Shown one piece after another: positions 53,801 through 64,000 of a stretch of 64,000 nucleotides of DNA. Made by a program: the position numbers and the translations under genes. The first letter of the stretch is position 1, and every line of letters starts with the position of its first letter. The notes under the pieces were generated by a model. The model did not search any database. It was not told the origin of the DNA and was given only the letters and a program-made list of their open reading frames with translations. The stretch covers positions 558,001 to 622,000 of the forward strand of contig CAXKVF010000075.1 in assembly GCA_964057225.1 (NCBI GenBank). Reading direction: 5' to 3'. The DNA is from Auanema rhodensis (taxonomy: Eukaryota > Animalia > Nematoda).

Positions 53801-56800
53801 ATGTCTATATTAGTCTAAAAACAAATTTTTATTGATATTGGTGCATGGTAACCATGACTTTGAAATTTACGTGAACTTTAATTTATGCTAATTAAATGTA
53901 CACGTGATGTGCACTTGGTATGTAACTCGCTTCACGTGAAAGATGAAGAGATGCGGTTTTCAAAATTAGATTCCCCATGTCCATATTAGTCTAAAAACAA
54001 ATTTTTATTGATATTGGTGCATGGTAACCATGACTTTGAAATTTACGTTAACTTTAATTTATGCTAATTAAATGTACACGTGATGTGCACTTGGTATGTA
54101 ACTCGCTTCACGTGAAAGATAAAGAGATGCGGTTTTCAAAATTGGATTCCCCATGTCCATATTAGTCTAAAAACAAATTTTTATTGATATTGGTGCATGG
54201 TAACCATGACTTTGAAATTTACGTGAACTTTAATTTATGCTAATTAAATGTACACGTGATGTGCACTTGGTATGTAACTCGCTTCACGTGAAAGATAAAG
54301 AGATGCGGTTTTCAAAATTAGATTCCCCATGTCCATATTAGTCTAAAAACAAATTTTTATTGATATTGGTTCATGGTAACCATGACTTTGAAATTTACGT
54401 GAACTTTAATTTATGCTAATTAAATGTACACGTGATGTGCACTTGGTATGTAACTCGCTTCACGTGAAAGATAAAGAGATGCGGTTTTCAAAATTAGGTT
54501 CCCCATGTCCATATTAGTCTAAAAACAAATTTTTATTGATATTGGTTCATGGTAACCATGACTTTGAAATTTACGTGAACTTTAATTTATGCTAATTAAA
54601 TGTACACGTGATGTGCGCTTGGTATGTAACTCGCTTCACGTGAAAGATAAAGAGATGCGGTTTTCAAAATTAGATTCCCCATGTCCATATTAGTCTAAAA
54701 ACAAATTTTTATTGATATTGGTGCATGGTAACCATGACTTTGAAATTTACGTGAACTTTAATTTATGCTAATTAAATGTACACGTGATGTGCACTTGGTA
54801 TGTAACTCGCTTCACGTGAAAGATAAAGAGATGCGGTTTTCAAAATTAGATTCCCCATGTCCATATTAGTCTAAAAACAAATTTTTATTGATATTGGTGC
54901 ATGGTAACCATGACTTTGAAATTTACGTGAACTTTAATTTATGCTAATTAAATGTACACGTGATGTGCACTTGGTATGTAACTCGCTTCACGTGAAAGAT
55001 AAAGAGATGCGGTTTTCAAAATTAGATTCCCCATGTCCATATTAGTCTAAAAACAAATTTTTATTGATATTGGTTCATGGTAACCATGACTTTGAAATTT
55101 ACGTGAACTTTAATTTATGCTAATTAAATGTACACGTGATGTGCACTTGGTATGTAACTCGCTTCACGTGAAAGATAAAGAGATGCGGTTTTCAAAATTA
55201 GGTTCCCCATGTCCATATTAGTCTAAAAACAAATTTTTATTGATATTGGTTCATGGTAACCATGACTTTGAAATTTACGTGAACTTTAATTTATGCTAAT
55301 TAAATGTACACGTGATGTGCACATGGTATGTAACTCGCTTCACGTGAAAGATAAAGAGATGCGGTTTTCAAAATTAGATTCCCCATGTCCATATTAGTCT
55401 AAAAACAAATTTTTATTGATATTGGTGCATGGTAACCATGACTTTGAAATTTACGTGAACTTTAATTTATGCTAATTAAATGTACACGTGATGTGCACTT
55501 GGTATGTAACTCGCTTCACGTGAAAGATAAAGAGATGCGGTTTTCAAAATTAGATTCCCCATGTCCATATTAGTCTAAAAACAAATTTTTATTGATATTG
55601 GTGCATGGTAACCATGACTTTGAAATTTACGTGAACTTTAATTTATGCTAATTAAATGTACACGTGATGTGCACTTGGTATGTAACTCGCTTCACGTGAA
55701 AGATGAAGAGATGCGGTTTTCAAAATTAGATTCCCCATGTCCATATTAGTCTAAAAACAAATTTTTATTGATATTGGTGCATGGTAACCATGACTTTGAA
55801 ATTTACGTGAACTTTAATTTATGCTAATTAAATGTACACGTGATGTGCACTTGGTATGTAACTCGCTTCACGTGAAAGATAAAGAGATGCGGTTTTCAAA
55901 ATTAGATTCCCCATGTCCATTTCAGTCTAAAAACAAATTTTTATTGATATTGGTGCATGGTAACCATGACTTTGAAATTTACGTGAACTTTAATTTATGC
56001 TAATTAAATGTACACGTGATGTGCACTTGGTATGTAACTCGCTTCACGTGAAAGATAAAGAGATGCGGTTTTCAAAATTAGATTCCCCATGTCCATATTA
56101 GTCTAAAAACAAATTTTTATTGATATTGGTGCATGGTAACCATGACTTTGAAATTTACGTGAACTTTAATTTATGCTAATTAAATGTACACGTGATGTTC
56201 ACTTGGTATGTAACTCGCTTCACGTGAAAGATAAAGAGATGCGGTTTTCAAAATTAGATTCCCCATGTCCATTTTAGTCTAAAAACAAATTTTTATTGAT
56301 ATTGGTGCATGGTAACCATGACTTTGAAATTTACGTGAACTTTAAATTATGCTAATTAAATGTACACGTGATGTGCACTTGGTATGTAACTCGCTTCACG
56401 TGAAAGATAAAAAGATGCGGTTTTCAAAATTAGATTCCCCATGTCCATATTAGTCTTAAAACAAATTTTTATTGATATTGGTTCATGGTAACCATGACTT
56501 TGAAATTTACGTTAACTTTAATTTATGCTAATTAAATGTACACGTGATGTGCACTTGGTATGTAACTCGCTTCACGTGAAAGATAAAGAGATGCGGTTTT
56601 CAAAATTGGATTCCCCATGTCCATATTAGTCTAAAAACAAATTTTTATTGATATTGGTGCATGGTAACCATGACTTTGAAATTTACGTGAACTTTAATTT
56701 ATGCTAATTAAATGTACACGTGATGTGCACTTGGTATGTAACTCGCTTCACGTGAAAGATAAAGAGATGCGGTTTTCAAAATTAGATTCCCCATGTCCAT

Positions 56801-58602
56801 ATTAGTCTAAAAACAAATTTTTATTGATATTGGTTCATGGTAACCATGACTTTGAAATTTACGTGAACTTTAATTTATGCTAATTAAATGTACACGTGAT
56901 GTGCACTTGGTATGTAACTCGCTTCACGTGAAAGATAAAGAGATGCGGTTTTCAAAATTAGGTTCCCCATGTCCATATTAGTCTAAAAACAAATTTTTAT
57001 TGATATTGGTTCATGGTAACCATGACTTTGAAATTTACGTGAACTTTAATTTATGCTAATTAAATGTACACGTGATGTGCACTTGGTATGTAACTCGCTT
57101 CACGTGAAAGATAAAGAGATGCGGTTTTCAAAATTGGATTCCCCATGTCCATATTAGTCTAAAAACAAATTTTTATTGATATTGGTTCATGGTAACCATG
57201 ACTTTGAAATTTACGTGAACTTTAATTTATGCTAATTAAATGTACACGTGATGTGCACTTGGTATGTAACTCGCTTCACGTGAAAGATAAAGAGATGCGG
57301 TTTTCAAAATTAGATTCCCCATGTCCATATTAGTCTAAAAACAAATTTTTATTGATATTGGTTCATGGTAACCATGACTTTGAAATTTACGTGAACTTTA
57401 ATTTATGCTAATTAAATGTACACGTGATGTGCACTTGGTATGTAACTCGCTTCACGTGAAAGATAAAGAGATGCGGTTTTCAAAATTAGGTTCCCCATGT
57501 CCATATTAGTCTAAAAACAAGTTTTTATTGATATTGGTTCATGGTAACCATGACTTTGAAATTTACGTGAACTTTAATTTATGCTAATTAAATGTACACG
57601 TGATGTGCACTTGGTATGTAACTCGCTTCACGTGAAAGATAAAGAGATGCGGTTTTCAAAATTAGATTCCCCATGTCCATATTAGTCTAAAAACAAATTT
57701 TTATTGATATTGGTGCATGGTAACCATGACTTTGAAATTTACGTGAACTTTAATTTATGCTAATTAAATGTACACGTGATGTGCACTTGGTATGTAACTC
57801 GCTTCACGTGAAAGATAAAGAGATGCGGTTTTCAAAATTAGATTCCTCATGTCTATATTAGTCTAAAAACAAATTTTTATTGATATTGGTGCATGGTAAC
57901 CATGACTTTGAAATTTACGTGAACTTTAATTTATGCTAATTAAATGTACACGTGATGTGCACTTGGTATGTAACTCGCTTCACGTGAAAGATGAAGAGAT
58001 GCGGTTTTCAAAATTAGATTCCCCATGTCCATATTAGTCTAAAAACAAATTTTTATTGATATTGGTGCATGGTAACCATGACTTTGAAATTTACGTTAAC
58101 TTTAATTTATGCTAATTAAATGTACACGTGATGTGCACTTGGTATGTAACTCGCTTCACGTGAAAGATAAAGAGATGCGGTTTTCAAAATTGGATTCCCC
58201 ATGTCCATATTAGTCTAAAAACAAATTTTTATTGATATTGGTGCATGGTAACCATGACTTTGAAATTTACGTGAACTTTAATTTATGCTAATTAAATGTA
58301 CACGTGATGTGCACTTGGTATGTAACTCGCTTCACGTGAAAGATAAAGAGATGCGGTTTTCAAAATTAGATTCCCCATGTCCATATTAGTCTAAAAACAA
58401 ATTTTTATTGATATTGGTTCATGGTAACCATGACTTTGAAATTTACGTGAACTTTAATTTATGCTAATTAAATGTACACGTGATGTGCACTTGGTATGTA
58501 ACTCGCTTCACGTGAAAGATAAAGAGATGCGGTTTTCAAAATTAGGTTCCCCATGTCCATATTAGTCTAAAAACAAATTTTTATTGATATTGGTTCATGG
58601 TA
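50859..58602 (+). repeat. Near-tandem higher-order duplication with a 4048-bp (23-monomer) period
   Basis: Variants are paired at 51657/55705, at ORF starts 51773/55821, and at 52151/56199, 53473/57521 and 53799/57847. Confidence 0.9.
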
Positions 58603-61600
58603 ACCATGACTTTGAAATTTACGTGAACTTTAATTTATGCTAATTAAATGTACACGTGATGTGCACTTGGTATGTAACTCGCTTCACGTGAAAGATAAAG
58701 AGATGCGGTTTTCAAAATTGGATTCCCCATGTCCATATTAGTCTAAAAACAAATTTTTATTGATATTGGTGCATGGTAACCATGACTTTGAAATTTACGT
58801 GAACTTTAATTTATGCTAATTAAATGTACACGTGATGTGCACTTGGTATGTAACTCGCTTCACGTGAAAGATAAAGAGATGCGGTTTTCAAAATTAGATT
58901 CCCCATGTCCATATTAGTCTAAAAACAAATTTTTATTGATATTGGTTCATGGTAACCATGACTTTGAAATTTACGTGAACTTTAATTTATGCTAATTAAA
59001 TGTACACGTGATGTGCACTTGGTATGTAACTCGCTTCACGTGAAAGATAAAGAGATGCGGTTTTCAAAATTAGGTTCCCCATGTCCATATTAGTCTAAAA
59101 ACAAATTTTTATTGATATTGGTTCATGGTAACCATGACTTTGAAATTTACGTGAACTTTAATTTATGCTAATTAAATGTACACGTGATGTGCACTTGGTA
59201 TGTAACTCGCTTCACGTGAAAGATAAAGAGATGCGGTTTTCAAAATTAGATTCCCCATGTCCATATTAGTCTAAAAACAAATTTTTATTGATATTGGTGC
59301 ATGGTAACCATGACTTTGAAATTTACGTGAACTTTAATTTATGCTAATTAAATGTACACGTGATGTGCACTTGGTATGTAACTCGCTTCACGTGAAAGAT
59401 AAAGAGATGCGGTTTTCAAAATTAGATTCCTCATGTCTATATTAGTCTAAAAACAAATTTTTATTGATATTGGTGCATGGTAACCATGACTTTGAAATTT
59501 ACGTGAACTTTAATTTATGCTAATTAAATGTACACGTGATGTGCACTTGGTATGTAACTCGCTTCACGTGAAAGATGAAGAGATGCGGTTTTCAAAATTA
59601 GATTCCCCATGTCCATATTAGTCTAAAAACAAATTTTTATTGATATTGGTGCATGGTAACCATGACTTTGAAATTTACGTTAACTTTAATTTATGCTAAT
59701 TAAATGTACACGTGATGTGCACTTGGTATGTAACTCGCTTCACGTGAAAGATAAAGAGATGCGGTTTTCAAAATTGGATTCCCCATGTCCATATTAGTCT
59801 AAAAACAAATTTTTATTGATATTGGTGCATGGTAACCATGACTTTGAAATTTACGTGAACTTTAATTTATGCTAATTAAATGTACACGTGATGTGCACTT
59901 GGTATGTAACTCGCTTCACGTGAAAGATAAAGAGATGCGGTTTTCAAAATTAGATTCCCCATGTCCATATTAGTCTAAAAACAAATTTTTATTGATATTG
60001 GTTCATGGTAACCATGACTTTGAAATTTACGTGAACTTTAATTTATGCTAATTAAATGTACACGTGATGTGCACTTGGTATGTAACTCGCTTCACGTGAA
60101 AGATAAAGAGATGCGGTTTTCAAAATTAGGTTCCCCATGTCCATATTAGTCTAAAAACAAATTTTTATTGATATTGGTTCATGGTAACCATGACTTTGAA
60201 ATTTACGTGAACTTTAATTTATGCTAATTAAATGTACACGTGATGTGCACTTGGTATGTAACTCGCTTCACGTGAAAGATAAAGAGATGCGGTTTTCAAA
60301 ATTGGATTCCCCATGTCCATATTAGTCTAAAAACAAATTTTTATTGATATTGGTGCATGGTAACCATGACTTTGAAATTTACGTGAACTTTAATTTATGC
60401 TAATTAAATGTACACGTGATGTGCACTTGGTATGTAACTCGCTTCACGTGAAAGATAAAGAGATGCGGTTTTCAAAATTAGATTCCCCATGTCCATATTA
60501 GTCTAAAAACAAATTTTTATTGATATTGGTTCATGGTAACCATGACTTTGAAATTTACGTGAACTTTAATTTATGCTAATTAAATGTACACGTGATGTGC
60601 ACTTGGTATGTAACTCGCTTCACGTGAAAGATAAAGAGATGCGGTTTTCAAAATTAGGTTCCCCATGTCCATATTAGTCTAAAAACAAATTTTTATTGAT
60701 ATTGGTTCATGGTAACCATGACTTTGAAATTTACGTGAACTTTAATTTATGCTAATTAAATGTACACGTGATGTGCACTTGGTATGTAACTCGCTTCACG
60801 TGAAAGATAAAGAGATGCGGTTTTCAAAATTAGATTCCCCATGTCCATATTAGTCTAAAAACAAATTTTTATTGATATTGGTGCATGGTAACCATGACTT
60901 TGAAATTTACGTGAACTTTAATTTATGCTAATTAAATGTACACGTGATGTGCACTTGGTATGTAACTCGCTTCACGTGAAAGATAAAGAGATGCGGTTTT
61001 CAAAATTAGATTCCCCATGTCCATATTAGTCTAAAAACAAATTTTTATTGATATTGGTGCATGGTAACCATGACTTTGAAATTTACGTGAACTTTAATTT
61101 ATGCTAATTAAATGTACACGTGATGTGCACTTGGTATGTAACTCGCTTCACGTGAAAGATGAAGAGATGCGGTTTTCAAAATTAGATTCCCCATGTCCAT
61201 ATTAGTCTAAAAACAAATTTTTATTGATATTGGTGCATGGTAACCATGACTTTGAAATTTACGTGAACTTTAATTTATGCTAATTAAATGTACACGTGAT
61301 GTGCACTTGGTATGTAACTCGCTTCACGTGAAAGATAAAGAGATGCGGTTTTCAAAATTAGATTTCCCATGTCCATATTAGTCTAAAAACAATTTTTTAT
61401 TGATATTGGTTCATGGTAACCATGACTTTGAAATTTACGTGAACTTTAATTTATGCTTATTAAATGTACACGTGATGTGCACTTGGTATGTAACTCGCTT
61501 CACGTGAAAGATAAAGAGATGCGGTTTTCAAAATTAGATTCCCCATGTCCATATTAGTCTAAAAACAAATTTTTATCGATATTGCTTCATGGTAACCATG

Positions 61601-64000
61601 ACTTTGAAATTTACGTGAACTTTAATTTATGCTAATTAAATGTACACGTGATGTGCACTTGGTATGTAACTCGCTTCACGTGAAAGATAAAGAGATGCGG
61701 TTTTCAAAATTAGATTCCCCATGTCCATATTAGTCTAAAAACAAATTTTTATTGATATTGGTGCATGGTAACCATGACTTTGAAATTTACGTGAACTTTA
61801 ATTTATGCTAATTAAATGTACACGTGATGTGCACTTGGTATGTAACTTGCTTCACGTGAAAGATAAAGTGATGCGGTTTTCAAAATTAGATTCCCCATGT
61901 CCATATTAGTCTAAAAACAAATTTTTATTGATATTGGTTCATGGTAACCATGACTTTGAAATTTACGTGAACTTTAATTTATGCTAATTAAATGTACACG
62001 TGATGTGCACTTGGTATGTAACTCGCTTCACGTGAAAGATAAAGAGATGCGGTTTTCAAAATTTGATTCCCCATGTCCATATTAGTCTAAAAACAAATTT
62101 TTATTGATATTGGTTCATGGTAACCATGACTTTGAAATTTACGTGAACTTTAATTTATGCTAATTAAATGTACACGTGATGTGCACTTGGTATGTAACTC
62201 GCTTCACGTGAAAGATAAAGAGATGCGGTTTTCAAAATTTGATTCCCCATGTCCATATTAGTCTAAAAACAAATTTTTATTGATATTGGTGCATGGTAAC
62301 CATGACTTTGAAATTTACGTGAACTTTAATTTATGCTAATTAAATGTACACGTGATGTGCACTTGGTATGTAACTCGCTTCACGTGAAAGATAAAGAGAT
62401 GCGGTTTTCAAAATTAGATTCCCCATGTCCATATTAGTCTAAAAACAAATTTTTATTGATATTGGTGCATGGTAACCATGACTTTGAAATTTACGTGAAC
62501 TTTAATTTATGCTAATTAAATGTACACGTGATGTGCACTTGGTATGTAACTCGCTTCACGTGAAAGATAAAGAGATGCGGTTTTCAAAATTAGATTCCCC
62601 ATGTCCATATTAGTCTAAAAACAAATTTTTATTGATATTGGTGCATGGTAACCATGACTTTGAAATTTACGTGAACTTTAATTTATGCTAATTAAATGTA
62701 CACGTGATGTGCACTTGGTATGTAACTCGCTTCACGTGAAAGATAAAGAGATGCGGTTTTCAAAATTAGATTCCCCATGTCCATTTTAGTCTAAAAACAA
62801 ATTTTTATTGATATTGGTGCATGGTAACCATGACTTTGAAATTTACGTGAACTTTAAATTATGCTAATTAAATGTACACGTGATGTGCACTTGGTATGTA
62901 ACTCGCTTCACGTGAAAGATAAAAAGATGCGGTTTTCAAAATTAGATTCCCCATGTCCATATTAGTCTTAAAACAAATTTTTATTGATATTGGTTCATGG
63001 TAACCATGACTTTGAAATTTACGTTAACTTTAATTTATGCTAATTAAATGTACACGTGATGTGCACTTGGTATGTAACTCGCTTCACGTGAAAGATAAAG
63101 AGATGCGGTTTTCAAAATTGGATTTCCCATGTCCATATTAGTCTAAAAACAAATTTTTATTGATATTGGTGCATGGTAACCATGACTTTGAAATTTACGT
63201 GAACTTTAATTTATGCTAATTAAATGTACACGTGATGTGCACTTGGTATGTAACTCGCTTCACGTGAAAGATAAAGAGATGCGGTTTTCAAAATTAGATT
63301 CCCCATGTCCATATTAGTCTAAAAACAAATTTTTATTGATATTGGTTCATGGTAACCATGACTTTGAAATTTACGTGAACTTTAATTTATGCTAATTAAA
63401 TGTACACGTGATGTGCACTTGGTATGTAACTCGCTTCACGTGAAAGATAAAGAGATGCGGTTTTCAAAATTAGGTTCCCCATGTCCATATTAGTCTAAAA
63501 ACAAATTTTTATTGATATTGGTTCATGGTAACCATGACTTTGAAATTTACGTGAACTTTAATTTATGCTAATTAAATGTACACGTGATGTGCACTTGGTA
63601 TGTAACTCGCTTCACGTGAAAGATAAAGAGATGCGGTTTTCAAAATTAGATTCCCCATGTCCATTTTAGTCTAAAAACAAATTTTTATTGATATTGGTGC
63701 ATGGTAACCATGACTTTGAAATTTACGTGAACTTTAAATTATGCTAATTAAATGTACACGTGATGTGCACTTGGTATGTAACTCGCTTCACGTGAAAGAT
63801 AAAGAGATGCGGTTTTCAAAATTAGATTCCCCATGTCCATATTAGTCTAAAAACAAATTTTTATTGATATTGGTGCATGGTAACCATGACTTTGAAATTT
63901 ACGTGAACTTTAATTTATGCTAATTAAATGTACACGTGATGTGCACTTGGTATGTAACTCGCTTCACGTGAAAGATAAAGAGATGCGGTTTTCAAAATTA

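Larger units (their letters stand above)
1..64000 (+). repeat. 176-bp tandem satellite DNA array (~364 monomers, head-to-tail), probably centromeric/pericentromeric heterochromatin
   Basis: 'accatgactttgaaattt' recurs at 1, 177, 353, 633, 808, 1033, then every 176 bp to 4553, then at 4738, 4914, and at 5099+176k up to 63883. No unique sequence occurs anywhere. The repeat call is direct; the centromeric role is inferred only from the nucleosome-scale unit length and the homogeneity. Confidence 0.99.

Noticed and set aside
20797-56003. Seven 60-aa ORFs (MLIKCTRDVHLV...) as protein-coding genes
   Set aside because: Each is a satellite monomer with TAG (positions 137-139) changed to CAG. About 98% of units keep the stop, 176 is not a multiple of 3, there is no recognisable domain, and the copies track DNA duplications.
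1-64000. CRISPR array
   Set aside because: There are no unique spacers, the entire 176-bp unit repeats, and there are no cas genes or leader.
5099-64000. Variant pattern as an information-bearing code or a fixed-period higher-order repeat
   Set aside because: Offsets are heterogeneous (2, 3, 4, 6, 8, 9, 10, 13, 23, 29, 40, ~170 units) and are adequately explained by nested duplications.

Overview
The whole window is one head-to-tail tandem array of an AT-rich 176-bp satellite monomer (about 32% GC by hand count), roughly 364 units on a single strand, running off both window edges. Consensus: accatgactttgaaatttacgtgaactttaatttatgctaattaaatgtacacgtgatgtgcacttggtatgtaactcgcttcacgtgaaagataaagagatgcggttttcaaaattagattccccatgtccatattagtctaaaaacaaatttttattgatattggtgcatggta. 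Units usually differ by 0-3 substitutions. This is typical eukaryotic centromeric, pericentromeric or heterochromatic satellite DNA; I cannot assign the species or a named family. I find no credible genes, RNA genes, transposons or CRISPR array. The seven 60-aa ORFs are monomers in which one TAG became CAG. Three things stand out. (i) All length changes lie in the first 5.1 kb: a 72-bp deletion, a 1-bp deletion, a +49-bp templated insertion containing an inverted copy of the monomer junction, and two related +9-bp alleles forming 35-bp palindromes. (ii) From 5099 to the end the 176-bp register is unbroken. (iii) Rare variants reveal nested duplications at offsets of 2, 6, 8, 10, 13, 23, 29, 40 and about 170 monomers. 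The sequence does not support a new protein-coding system. The most interesting signal is palindrome-associated template-switch rearrangement at the monomer junction.
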